A stretch of 64,000 bases of DNA from Candidatus Obscuribacterales bacterium (GTDB taxonomy: Bacteria > Cyanobacteriota > Vampirovibrionia > Obscuribacterales > Obscuribacteraceae): the NCBI GenBank assembly GCA_949127735.1, contig CASBPX010000109.1:19627-83626 (forward strand), read 5' to 3'. Below are positions 8,890 through 18,207 of the stretch, piece after piece. Every line of letters starts with the position of its first letter. The stretch's first letter is position 1. The notes beneath the pieces were generated by a model. The model did no database searches. It had not been told where the DNA came from and was given only the letters and a program-made list of their open reading frames with translations. Both the position numbers and the translations under genes were made by a program.

Positions 8890-11520
8890 ATGAAAGTCAT
8901 ACTTGCTGAAAAGCCGTCTGTAGCTAAAGACATCGCTGCTGTGGTCGGTGCCACCACTAAACGAGATGGCTATTTCGAAGGCAACGATTACGCTGTCACA
9001 TATGCTTTTGGTCACCTGGTGACCATGGCCGAGCCTGAAGAAATGAATGCCGCTTGGGGTAAACCCTGGCGCTTGAAGCAGTTGCCCATGATTCCGGTTG
9101 AGTGGAAATATAGGGTTGTGGAGAAATCGGCGCAGCAGTTTAATGTAATTAAAAAGCTTTTCCTCAACCCGGCCACCACTTCTATTATTTGCGCCACAGA
9201 CGCGGGGCGTGAAGGCGAACATATATTCAGATTGATCTATCAATTGACCGGAGTGCAAAAAACAGTTGAACGTTTGTGGATAAGCTCGCTCACAGCCGAA
9301 GCAATTAAAGATGGTCTGAGTAAACTGCGTTCGTCGAAAGATTTTGACAGCTTGGCCGACGCGGCAGCAGCTCGCTCTCAAGCAGACTGGGTAATTGGTC
9401 TCAATTTTACTCGCGCCTACACCACCATTAACAATCAATTGTGCACAATCGGTCGTGTGCAAACACCGACTCTAGCTCTGATTGTCGACCGTCAAACGGC
9501 AATTGATGCCTTCAAATCAGCCAAGTTTTACGAGATTCTATCTACTTTTGAGCCGGGCTTTTTAGCCCGTTATATTACTCCTGCCACTGCTGAAGTTGAG
9601 CCGCAGACACGTTTACACGATAAAGCCCTGGCGCAATCAATTGTTAAAGCGGTTGAGCCTGAGCCCCATGGCGTCGTTCAATCGGTTATCACTACCGAGA
9701 AGAAAACTAAGGCACCAGCGCTCTATGACTTGTTGACACTGCAAAAAGATGCCAACAAACGTTTTGGCTATACGGCGCAAGAAACGCTCAATATCGCTCA
9801 AAGTTTGTACGAAGAATTCAAACTACTATCTTATCCTCGAACTGAATCACGACATCTCTCTACCGACATGGTTGGTGAATTGCCGCGCATTTTATCGGGA
9901 ATTTTAAAAGGGCCTCTTGCCACGAAAGAAGTGCTTCAAGCTTTTGCCCAAGAAAATATCGTGCCTGGTGGCATCACAGCTGCTCTGATTAAACCAAAAT
10001 TGACCAAGAGCTATGTGGATGACGGTAAGCTCACCGATCACCATGCGATTATTCCTACTCACAATAGCTTGCCTGCCAATTTGCCCGACAAACAACGCAA
10101 TGTCTATAACCTAGTAGCGACGCGCTTTCTCAGTATTTTCTTGCCCCCTGAAGTGCGTGATGAGACTACCGCTATTATCACCATGGCTGATCATTTATTC
10201 CGCGCCAAAGGTTTCATCATTAAAGAAATCGGCTGGACTGTTTTATCAAGTAAGTCTGGTAACGAAGACGAAAAAGAAGACAATGAAAACAGCGACAAGC
10301 CGGGCAAGAAAAAAGCTAAAGACAAGGATGAAGATGCGCAACAGCTGCCACCTTTAGTCAAAGGGCAGCAAGTCGGCAAACGCAAAGTTGAATTGAAAGA
10401 AGGTAAAACCAGCGCGCCAAAACCTTATGATGATTCTAGTTTACTCACCGCCATGAAAAACGCCGGTCAGGAATTAGATGACGAAGATCTGGCTGCCTAT
10501 ATGAAGCAGAAGGGCCTCGGCACGCCGGCTACGCGCGCGTCAATTATCGAAAGACTTTTGCAAACAGGCTACGTGGAGCGCAATAAAAAGGCGCTATTAC
10601 CTACCGACAAGGGCAAAGCTCTAATTGGTCAGGTGCACGTCGAATTGAAAGATATTGCTCTGACCGCCATCTGGGAACAGCGCCTGGCAGACATGCAAGA
10701 CGGCAAATTGAAGCCAGAATCTTTTGACCACGATATTGCCGAACTGGTACGCCGCATTTTGCCCGATGTCACCGCCGATGGTGGCTCAGGTCTTTCTGTT
10801 CCACCCAGCGATGGCAGCAGCCTGGGCACCTGTCCGCTTTGTAAAAAAGGGTATGTTCGCATCACCGCTAAGGGTGCCGGCTGCAACCGCTGGAAAGAAG
10901 GCTGTACTTTTATGATCTGGAAAGAGCAGCGCGGCAAAGAATTGTCTGATGCGCAAATGAAAGAGCTTGTCGCTAACGGCCAGACTAAAGTGATCAAAGG
11001 CTTTAAAAAGAAAGATGGCAGTGCTAAATATGATGCCCGTTTGTTCTTAAATGAAGAAGGGAAAATCCAGTACGACATCAGTGGCAATGAGTCTGCTGTT
11101 GCGAACAAAGATTCTGCTAATCAAAATTCACTGCCACCCGGTAGCCCAGGGTCGGGCACGGCCGGCTCGTCTGCGCAAGGAACCGGAACTATGGGCCCCT
11201 TGGGGCAGTGCCCCCAGTGTCAGGCGGGTACTGTGCGCCAGACACCGAAAGGGGCCGGTTGCGGCCGTTGGCGTGAGGGTTGCACTTTCACCATTTGGCG
11301 CACCGTCTTTGGCAAAGAATTGACTGATGAGCAAATCAAAGACCTGGTGCTGAAAAAACGCACTGAATTGATTAAAGGATTCAAGAAAAAAGACGGCAGC
11401 GGTACTTACGACGCCCATCTGATGGTGAGCGACGATTTTAAGGTGCGACTCGACTTTGACATTAAACGCGGCCCAGAACCTGAACCAGTGGGCGCTGCCA
11501 GAGCAATACAGCCTGAGTAA
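8890..11520 (+). CDS. topB: DNA topoisomerase III with two C-terminal Zn-ribbon/repeat modules
   Basis: Toprim start MKVILAEKPSVAKDIA, EGEHIF, catalytic-Tyr region LLSYPRTESRHLS, GLGTPATRASIIE. Two tandem C-terminal modules: CPLCKKG..GAGCNRWKEGCTF.IW..GFKKKDGS.YDA and CPQCQAG..GAGCGRWREGCTF.IW..GFKKKDGS.YDA. Confidence 0.92.
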   Translation: MKVILAEKPSVAKDIAAVVGATTKRDGYFEGNDYAVTYAFGHLVTMAEPEEMNAAWGKPWRLKQLPMIPVEWKYRVVEKSAQQFNVIKKLFLNPATTSIICATDAGREGEHIFRLIYQLTGVQKTVERLWISSLTAEAIKDGLSKLRSSKDFDSLADAAAARSQADWVIGLNFTRAYTTINNQLCTIGRVQTPTLALIVDRQTAIDAFKSAKFYEILSTFEPGFLARYITPATAEVEPQTRLHDKALAQSIVKAVEPEPHGVVQSVITTEKKTKAPALYDLLTLQKDANKRFGYTAQETLNIAQSLYEEFKLLSYPRTESRHLSTDMVGELPRILSGILKGPLATKEVLQAFAQENIVPGGITAALIKPKLTKSYVDDGKLTDHHAIIPTHNSLPANLPDKQRNVYNLVATRFLSIFLPPEVRDETTAIITMADHLFRAKGFIIKEIGWTVLSSKSGNEDEKEDNENSDKPGKKKAKDKDEDAQQLPPLVKGQQVGKRKVELKEGKTSAPKPYDDSSLLTAMKNAGQELDDEDLAAYMKQKGLGTPATRASIIERLLQTGYVERNKKALLPTDKGKALIGQVHVELKDIALTAIWEQRLADMQDGKLKPESFDHDIAELVRRILPDVTADGGSGLSVPPSDGSSLGTCPLCKKGYVRITAKGAGCNRWKEGCTFMIWKEQRGKELSDAQMKELVANGQTKVIKGFKKKDGSAKYDARLFLNEEGKIQYDISGNESAVANKDSANQNSLPPGSPGSGTAGSSAQGTGTMGPLGQCPQCQAGTVRQTPKGAGCGRWREGCTFTIWRTVFGKELTDEQIKDLVLKKRTELIKGFKKKDGSGTYDAHLMVSDDFKVRLDFDIKRGPEPEPVGAARAIQPE

Positions 11521-11655
11521 GTGATACCGCTAATGGTGCAATCGCAGCCTCTTTGAGGTCTTTTTTGCTCCACTTGGCATTTGCCCATATATTGCCACAA
11601 TTGAACTGTATAGTTCAGAAATCGGCAATTCGCAATTTTCTTGGAGGGTATCACC

Positions 11656-12204
11656 ATGGCTGGCCACGAAAGACCTGGAATCGAAAATCAAGCACGAGAT
11701 CTGGCTAAGAAATTAGACGCCGGACACGGCATGCAAGTGGCAGACATTCTGCGTGATGAATTCAAGCACATGAGCCCTCAAGACTACAACAAACTCGTCA
11801 ACCGGACTGTTGCCCGCGACGACAAAGCTTACGGTGCCAATATTGAAGTTGTACGCCAAAATGGCCTGATTATCATAGACACAGGCAGAGGTGAAATTCC
11901 CGTTGGTACATTAAAAGAAGAGCGCCGACCCAACAGGCCCAACCGACCAGATCGCGACGATAGAGACGATAGAGCCGAAACACCAGGTCTGAGACCAGGT
12001 GAAAGATTAGTTTGCGCTGACGCTAAACAAAAAACGATTGAAAGCGCCGGTGTCGGCGCCGTAATTGGGGCCATTGGTGGGCATATCTTCGGCGGCAAAG
12101 GCAAGGACGCGGCAATTGGTGCTGCTGGTGGAGCGGTTGTGGGTGGAATTTATGGTCACGAGTCTGCCAAGGATGATTGTGTGATCGTCAGAGACCGCCG
12201 CTAG
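11656..12204 (+). CDS. Hypothetical protein with C-terminal glycine-zipper segment
   Basis: GGAGGG RBS 7 nt before the ATG at 11656. RPNRPNRPDRDDRDDR low-complexity linker. GVGAVIGAIGGHIFGGKGKDAAIGAAGGAVVGGIYG glycine zipper. Confidence 0.6.
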   Translation: MAGHERPGIENQARDLAKKLDAGHGMQVADILRDEFKHMSPQDYNKLVNRTVARDDKAYGANIEVVRQNGLIIIDTGRGEIPVGTLKEERRPNRPNRPDRDDRDDRAETPGLRPGERLVCADAKQKTIESAGVGAVIGAIGGHIFGGKGKDAAIGAAGGAVVGGIYGHESAKDDCVIVRDRR

Positions 12205-12230
12205 CTCAGCTGTAAAAGCCGCCTTTCAGT

Positions 12231-12265
12231 AATAGCCCGTGTCTTCAGCCAGGACACGGGCTATT
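12231..12265 (+). terminator. Perfect 13-bp stem-loop downstream of the glycine-zipper gene
   Basis: aatagcccgtgtc-ttcagccag-gacacgggctatt, 27 nt after the stop. No clear U-tract follows. Confidence 0.5.
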
Positions 12266-12360
12266 GGCATTAATAAATCCAGTGCAAATAGATATCGATA
12301 GGTGTCGAGATCTATACTGAGCCATTGAATTTGGTTCAATGTTTGACATCTGGAGGTTCT

Positions 12361-12792
12361 ATGAAACGTAATGCATCAGCTCACTGGGAAGGCGGTCTAA
12401 AAGACGGCAAAGGCACAGTTTCCACAGAGAGTGGCGTACTTTCCAAAACACAATATTCTTTCGGCACACGCTTTGAAGATGGTAAAGGCACCAACCCTGA
12501 AGAGCTTATTGCAGCTGCTCACGCTGGTTGTTTCTCTATGGCTCTTTCCATGATTCTTGGCGAAGCCGGCATGACTGCTAAGTCTATCGATACTAAGGCA
12601 GCTGTCACCCTTGAGAAAACCGACGCTGGCTTCACCGTAACTGAAATCGTTCTTGATCTAATTGCTGATATTCCTGGCGCTGATCAAGCTAAATTCAATG
12701 ATTGTGCTGAAAAAGCTAAAGCTGGTTGCCCAATTTCCCGCTTGTTCAACACCAAAATTACATTGAACGCTAAATTAGGCGCAGCAGTCTAA
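12361..12792 (+). CDS. osmC: OsmC-family peroxiredoxin
   Basis: [18 protein letters not shown]..., two conserved Cys ([11 protein letters not shown]; KAGCPISR). Confidence 0.85.
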   Translation: MKRNASAHWEGGLKDGKGTVSTESGVLSKTQYSFGTRFEDGKGTNPEELIAAAHAGCFSMALSMILGEAGMTAKSIDTKAAVTLEKTDAGFTVTEIVLDLIADIPGADQAKFNDCAEKAKAGCPISRLFNTKITLNAKLGAAV

Positions 12793-12820
12793 TTTAGACC
12801 GGGCCTTTACTTGTTCAATA

Positions 12821-12865
12821 AAAAGAGGACGTACACAAAATGTGCGTCCTCTTTTGCATTTTTGT
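12821..12865. terminator. Bidirectional rho-independent terminator between convergent osmC and ytxH-like genes
   Basis: 15-bp stem with one G-U pair (aaaagaggacgtaca / tgtgcgtcctctttt) and a 5-nt loop. T-runs follow on both strands. Confidence 0.75.
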
Positions 12866-12912
12866 CTAGCACCGCATTCGGTGCAAAGGTATCGAAGCAA
12901 AGGTATCGAAAT

Positions 12913-13152
12913 TTAAACTTCGTCTTCAGCGTGATCTGGTGAAAACTTTTCTTTAACGCCGCCTGCAAATTCACCAGCTTTTTCAGCAATATCATCACGT
13001 AATTCTTTGCCTGATTTAGCAGCAAACAAATTACCTAATGCGTAGCCAACACCCAGTGAAACTACTGAACCTGCTGCCACGCCGACTACGGCACCGGCAA
13101 TGAAGATTGTTTTCAATAACGGCAGGTTTCCTTTGATCAAAGTCTTGAGCAT
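12913..13152 (-). CDS. YtxH-domain small stress-type protein
   Basis: N-terminal hydrophobic helix (FIAGAVVGVAAGSVVSLGVGYALG), then LFAAKSGKELRDDIAEKAGEFAGGVKEKF, typical of the YtxH family. Confidence 0.7.
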   Translation of the reverse strand: MLKTLIKGNLPLLKTIFIAGAVVGVAAGSVVSLGVGYALGNLFAAKSGKELRDDIAEKAGEFAGGVKEKFSPDHAEDEV

Positions 13153-13301
13153 TAGGCGGTCCTCGAATATTAAGCTAAAAGTACTGAGTGAATTCTAACA
13201 TCTGCAAGTAATTAAGCGCTTTGACGTGAAATTTTGCAACACCTGATTTAACTCTGGTCGAATCAACTCTAGTAATATAGATTGCACATTGAGGAAAGGC
13301 C

Positions 13302-15515
13302 ATGACCACAAGTACCAGCGGTGTCAGTAGCGTTGCGGTGAGCAAAAATCCGGATGATGTTGCTCTGCAATATGCTCGGCAAATAGCTCAAGAGCTTCAG
13401 GTGGGCGTCAGTCAAGTTCAGGCAACTATTGCTTTGCTTGATGAAGACTGCACTGTGCCCTTTATTGCCCGTTACCGCAAAGAAGCCACTGGCACATTAG
13501 ATGAAGTGCAAATTACCAACATTCGAGACATGCGCGAACGCCTGGCCCAGCTCGACAAACGCCGCGAGGCCATGATCAAATCGTTACGCGAACGCGAGCT
13601 TCTCACTGATGAGCTGCTGGAAAAACTGGGCGCCTCCGTTTCCATAACAGACCTCGAAGATATTTACCTGCCCTTTAAACCGAAACGCAAAACTAAGGCC
13701 AGTGTGGCCCGCGAAAAAGGCTTAGAACCGCTGGCTGCTGATATTTTTGCCAATAAACTGCAGAATGTCGAAAAAGCAGCCGAAGCCTTTATCAACAAAG
13801 AAAAAGGTGTTGAATCAGTCGAGCAGGCGTTAGCCGGTGCGCGTGACATTATGGCTGAGTGGATGAGCGAAAATCCGACCGTGCGCAAGCAACTGAGGAA
13901 CTACTGGTCAAAAGCCAGCACCATTGCTTCAAAAGTGGCCAAAGGCAAAGAGCAAGAAGGGCAAAAATTCAAAGACTATTTTGATTGGAATGAGAAGGTC
14001 ACCGCTGCTCCGTCGCACCGCATTCTCGCCATGTTTCGCGGCGAAGCGGAAGGCATGCTCAAACTCGCTATCAGGCCTGATGATGAAGAATCTTTGATTA
14101 TCATGGACCAGAACTTTGTCAAAAAGGGCCCATGTAGCGACCAAATCGAAATTACAGTAGAAGACGCTCACGATCGCTTGCTTGCACCATCGATGGAAAC
14201 AGAGCTGCGCGCCGAGTTAAAGACGCGTGCCGACGTAGAAGCAATCCGCGTTTTTACTCGCAATCTGCGTGAGCTTCTGATGGCACCACCACTTGGTGAG
14301 CATGCTCTTATGGCTCTTGATCCTGGTTTTAGAACGGGCTGCAAATTAGTTTGCCTGGGCAAGCAGGGAGACCTTTTGCACCATGATGTGATTTACCCAC
14401 ATATGGACGGCGCTGGCGATGGGGCTAAACAATCTAAGTTGAATGCTGTTAAAAAAGTGGTTGAGCTTGCTAGAAAGTTTAACGTTGTGGCGGTGGCCAT
14501 CGGCAATGGCACAGCCGGTCGCGAGACTGAAGAGTTTATGCGCGCTATCGATTGGGCGTCGGTGCAACTGGAAGAACCCCAAATTGTTATGGTCAATGAA
14601 AGTGGTGCTTCAATATATTCGGCCTCTGACGTGGCTCGCGAAGAATTTCCTGATTATGATTTGACTGTACGTGGTGCTGTTTCGATTGGCCGTCGTTTGA
14701 TGGATCCTCTGGCCGAGCTGGTTAAGCTAGATCCTAAATCTATTGGTGTAGGCCAGTATCAGCACGACGTAGATCAGCCCGCTTTGCAGAGCAGTCTTGA
14801 TGATACTGTAGTCAGCTGCGTCAACTCTGTTGGCGTGGAGTTAAATACGGCCAGCAAGCAATTGCTTTCGTATGTGTCAGGTTTGGGAAAACAAATTGCC
14901 GCCAATATTGTTGCCCACCGGCAAGAAAATGGACCTTTCAAATCAAGAGCTGAGCTCAAGAAAGTAGCCCGCTTAGGGCCTAAAGCTTACGAACAGAGTG
15001 CTGGATTCTTGCGCATTCGCGCTGCTAAAAATCCTCTTGATGCCAGTGCCGTTCACCCCGAAAGCTACAAGGTAGTAGAGACAATGGCTAAAGATCTTGG
15101 CCTTGACGTCGCTACTTTGATGTCTGATGCTGAGGCACGCAAAAGTATTGATTTAGGCAAATATGTTTCTGACAAAATCGGTTTGCCTACTTTGCGAGAC
15201 ATTATGCAAGAGCTCGAGAAGCCAGGCCGCGACCCCCGTGCCAAGCTAGAGCCCATGAAATTTGCCGAGGGCGTGCATGCAATTTCTGATTTGTATGAAG
15301 GCATGAAGTTGCCAGGTATTGTTACCAATGTCACCGCATTTGGTGCGTTTGTTGATATTGGCGTGCATCAAGACGGCTTAGTGCACGTAAGCGAATTGAC
15401 CAATAAATTTGTCAAAGATGCCAGTGAAGTAGTGACCGTGCAACAGAAAGTAATGGTGACTGTACTGCAGGTCGACAAAGATAGAAAACGAATAGCCTTA
15501 AGTATGAAGCGCTAA
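13302..15515 (+). CDS. tex: Tex transcription accessory protein (S1 RNA-binding domain protein)
   Basis: Tex N-terminal motif VPFIARYRKEATG. YqgF-like region (ALDPGFRTGCKL...AIGNGTAGRETE). HhH region. C-terminal S1 domain (GIVTNVTAFGAFVDIGVHQDGLVHVSEL). 737 aa, typical length. Confidence 0.93.
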   Translation: MTTSTSGVSSVAVSKNPDDVALQYARQIAQELQVGVSQVQATIALLDEDCTVPFIARYRKEATGTLDEVQITNIRDMRERLAQLDKRREAMIKSLRERELLTDELLEKLGASVSITDLEDIYLPFKPKRKTKASVAREKGLEPLAADIFANKLQNVEKAAEAFINKEKGVESVEQALAGARDIMAEWMSENPTVRKQLRNYWSKASTIASKVAKGKEQEGQKFKDYFDWNEKVTAAPSHRILAMFRGEAEGMLKLAIRPDDEESLIIMDQNFVKKGPCSDQIEITVEDAHDRLLAPSMETELRAELKTRADVEAIRVFTRNLRELLMAPPLGEHALMALDPGFRTGCKLVCLGKQGDLLHHDVIYPHMDGAGDGAKQSKLNAVKKVVELARKFNVVAVAIGNGTAGRETEEFMRAIDWASVQLEEPQIVMVNESGASIYSASDVAREEFPDYDLTVRGAVSIGRRLMDPLAELVKLDPKSIGVGQYQHDVDQPALQSSLDDTVVSCVNSVGVELNTASKQLLSYVSGLGKQIAANIVAHRQENGPFKSRAELKKVARLGPKAYEQSAGFLRIRAAKNPLDASAVHPESYKVVETMAKDLGLDVATLMSDAEARKSIDLGKYVSDKIGLPTLRDIMQELEKPGRDPRAKLEPMKFAEGVHAISDLYEGMKLPGIVTNVTAFGAFVDIGVHQDGLVHVSELTNKFVKDASEVVTVQQKVMVTVLQVDKDRKRIALSMKR

Positions 15516-16414
15516 GCGGCCTTTTTGATCTCAGGCTCGCTGCTTACAGTGGGAATTATTCTCACGGTTTCGACCGCATCGCTTTGATGAAGATGCCCGG
15601 CCAGACCGCTTTCAAGTAAGTCGCGAATGGTACTGACAAAATGAGCGGCACTTCCGATGTCTACTAATAGCGAATCGAAAGAATAGCAAAGGGTCATAGT
15701 TTTGCGAATTTCAATTTTGTCGTCTATCACTACAGGTTGCGGCTCCACAGTGCCCACGCCGAAAATGCTAGTACAAACATTGGGCGCGATAATGGTAGTG
15801 GCACCATACTTACCTAGTGAGGTAACGCCGAAGGTGGCACGATTGATAATGGTGCGCAAATAGGGAATGTTGAGTCCCATGGCCACATATATCTGTCTTG
15901 AGATCCAGGGAAAATTGCTTAAAAAGTGTTCTTTCGCTAGTTGGGGCACCTGCTTATAATCACCGTTGCCGTAAGCGGCCAGCTCTGCTGCAATTTGGCG
16001 TAATGGTTTCGTCTGTGTGTCATCGATGACGCCAAAAAACACTGCTGCTTGGTCTCCAGACTGGCTAAACTCGTTACTCTTGCTTAGCATGCGTTCAACG
16101 GTAAATCCGGCTACTGGTTTAGGCGTAGTTATCAATTTGCCCAAACCCAAGCGATACGATCTACTAGTTGGATGCGATTTTTGGCCAATAGCAATTGCTT
16201 TTAATATCACTGCAGTAATCGTGATTTTCTGTTCATCGTTAGAAAGTCTCTGCCGCAGGTGTTCAGCTGCTTCCATGTCGATATCGCAGAAAATTGAAGC
16301 AGGAATAGTTCTACCGGCAAAGACCGTAATTAGATCGAGTACATTCCAGCGTGCTCTGTGGAAGCTTGACGTCGTGTACGAACTTGGTGCCAACTTTTCT
16401 TGCATTCCTACCAA
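15512..16414 (-). CDS. Stand-alone 2-oxoacid dehydrogenase acyltransferase (E2 catalytic, CAT-like) domain protein lacking the catalytic His
   Basis: The C-terminal region aligns by eye to the E2 catalytic core: TFGVTSLGKYG...IFGVGTV...MTLCYSFDSLLVDIGSAAHFVSTIRDLLE. The canonical S-x-DHR-x-x-DG motif reads SFDSLLVDIG here. No lipoyl or E3-binding domain. Confidence 0.55.
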   Translation of the reverse strand: MVGMQEKLAPSSYTTSSFHRARWNVLDLITVFAGRTIPASIFCDIDMEAAEHLRQRLSNDEQKITITAVILKAIAIGQKSHPTSRSYRLGLGKLITTPKPVAGFTVERMLSKSNEFSQSGDQAAVFFGVIDDTQTKPLRQIAAELAAYGNGDYKQVPQLAKEHFLSNFPWISRQIYVAMGLNIPYLRTIINRATFGVTSLGKYGATTIIAPNVCTSIFGVGTVEPQPVVIDDKIEIRKTMTLCYSFDSLLVDIGSAAHFVSTIRDLLESGLAGHLHQSDAVETVRIIPTVSSEPEIKKAA

Positions 16415-16704
16415 CCCTCTGTCTAATGCCTATGCCTTTTACTGCGTAGAAAATTTGACTGAGTAACATATATAAAGTTCCCCAATGCGAATTCATCGTA
16501 AGTCAAATTTGGTCACATGACTGAAGAAGAGAAGCACACCGCTCAGGTTTCTATAGAAGAGCTTGAAAGCTAACAGGATGCTAATATTGGCCGCGGAACT
16601 TTGCCCTGGCTCGGCCGTCGATGGGGCTGTGTGGTTCTACAGATGTAGAAACCAAAGGTATCGCCAATCGCGAAAAAGAAGAATCTATATTAAGGAGATT
16701 ACTT

Positions 16705-17142
16705 ATGTTCCGAATCAATAAAACAGCTGCATTAGTTCTGAGCGCTGCATTTTTGCTCACACCATCAGCCGTGCTTGCTGATGAAGTCAGCTCAGCCAGT
16801 GTCAAAACTGAAACTCCTGCAGGTTCATCCTCCAGCAGTGTTAAAGTAAAATCCGACGCTGCCGGTACAGTAAAAAGTGTTAAACAATCGAGCGCAACCC
16901 CTGGTGAGGCTAAGTCATCTTCATACCGTGCTGAAGCCGGTATTGCCGGAGCCAAAGTTGAAAAAGAAGAGACAGGCGTTCGCGCTAACATCGACGGCAG
17001 TGTTACTGCTGATAAGACAAAAGAAACACACGCCGTTGGCGTCAATGGTTCTGCTCACAAAAAGGCTAACTCCAGCACTACGGTTGGTGCTGATGGTTCG
17101 TCCAGTACCGTCAAATCGGAAAAGCAAGTCACTAACCCTTAG
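16705..17142 (+). CDS. Secreted Ser/Lys/Thr-rich low-complexity protein
   Basis: AAGGAG RBS. Signal peptide MFRINKTAALVLSAAFLLTPSAVLA. Repetitive S/K/T/G-rich mature part. Confidence 0.6.
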   Translation: MFRINKTAALVLSAAFLLTPSAVLADEVSSASVKTETPAGSSSSSVKVKSDAAGTVKSVKQSSATPGEAKSSSYRAEAGIAGAKVEKEETGVRANIDGSVTADKTKETHAVGVNGSAHKKANSSTTVGADGSSSTVKSEKQVTNP

Positions 17143-17227
17143 TTAGTGGCCTGATTTTGGATTAGAGTATATAATGAGCGCGGGTGTCTAGCGGCATTCG
17201 CGCTCCGCTATTTGATGTACTGATTTT

Positions 17228-17449
17228 ATGGAATTCACGCGTCACGGCCTGAAAAAGGCAATGTATATTTTGCAATCATTGCTCGGCTTAAGCTGGGTGA
17301 TCATGGCGCTTTTTATGTTCTTCAAGCCTGGCGCCAATATCTTAATTGACCTTTTGCCTGCCTGCGTTTTACTTTTTGCCGGCACTGTTTGTATTTATTT
17401 CGGAGTGGAAGCGTTTTTACTACGTAAAGACCCGGAAATTTGGAAGTAG
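17228..17449 (+). CDS. Small two-TM membrane protein
   Basis: 73 aa, two hydrophobic helices. No family recognised. Confidence 0.4.
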   Translation: MEFTRHGLKKAMYILQSLLGLSWVIMALFMFFKPGANILIDLLPACVLLFAGTVCIYFGVEAFLLRKDPEIWK

Positions 17450-17457
17450 TCGACACT

Positions 17458-18207
17458 TTAGATGGCAAACTTTTTCATCTGTATTGCCATGTCGTCATAA
17501 AGCTTGGGTAACCATTGCGGTTGGGTTTTGAAGTTGACTTGCGGCTTGCGCAGCCGCAGATCGCACGGGGCAAATATGAGCTTTATATTCCGGCTGCCAG
17601 TGTCGTGAGCAAGCACAAACATTTCTTCAATTGGTTCATTGCCCATGGCTAGGCACCCAGTAGACCATTTGCTGCCATGAATTAAAATATCGCTACCGGG
17701 ATTTTTTCTTTTTTCGATTTTGGCATGATAACGATCAAAACTGTTGGGATAGTTTACCTCAAGGCCGATGTGTGCCACCAGAGTCGGCCGAAAAGCGGCG
17801 ATTGTGTAGAAACCTTCCGGCATCTGCTTGTCGCCTTCTTTTAGCTTAGGACCGGCCACTCCGCTGGCACCAATTATTGGATAGCTCAAGACTTTTTTCA
17901 TCACGCCTTTGTGGTCTCGAGCAAAAATTAAAAGCAATCGCTCTTCTTTTAAGGCAATCCAGGTCATTTGCTCAGGCGGGTAGGTAACATTTTGTTGAGC
18001 GAACAATGATTGTAATTTTGCCCTCACGCCTGGGCCATATGCTGCCATTACTGCATCCACAGAATTGAAATGCGGTGGCGCCTCTGGTAACGCATGTGCT
18101 TTGCCGATAGAGAGTAGAATCGCTGCCACGAGTGTAATTTTAGACAGAAATGTATATTTAAATAGAAGTGTATTTCTAGATAGATATTCGATCAGCTTAT
18201 GTCTCAT
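17458..18207 (-). CDS. L,D-transpeptidase (YkuD-like) family protein
   Basis: Signal/anchor helix, then ILIHGSKWSTGCLAMGN (His...Gly-Cys catalytic motif). Its ATG overlaps the antiporter stop (ATGA). Confidence 0.75.
   Translation of the reverse strand: MRHKLIEYLSRNTLLFKYTFLSKITLVAAILLSIGKAHALPEAPPHFNSVDAVMAAYGPGVRAKLQSLFAQQNVTYPPEQMTWIALKEERLLLIFARDHKGVMKKVLSYPIIGASGVAGPKLKEGDKQMPEGFYTIAAFRPTLVAHIGLEVNYPNSFDRYHAKIEKRKNPGSDILIHGSKWSTGCLAMGNEPIEEMFVLAHDTGSRNIKLIFAPCDLRLRKPQVNFKTQPQWLPKLYDDMAIQMKKFAI

Noticed and set aside
10629-11108. 159-aa minus-strand ORF inside topB; likewise 16581-17045, 61523-61999, 55725-56084, 5727-6128 and 24950-25300
   Set aside because: All are shadows within confidently identified genes on the other strand. 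None has recognisable motifs or an RBS.
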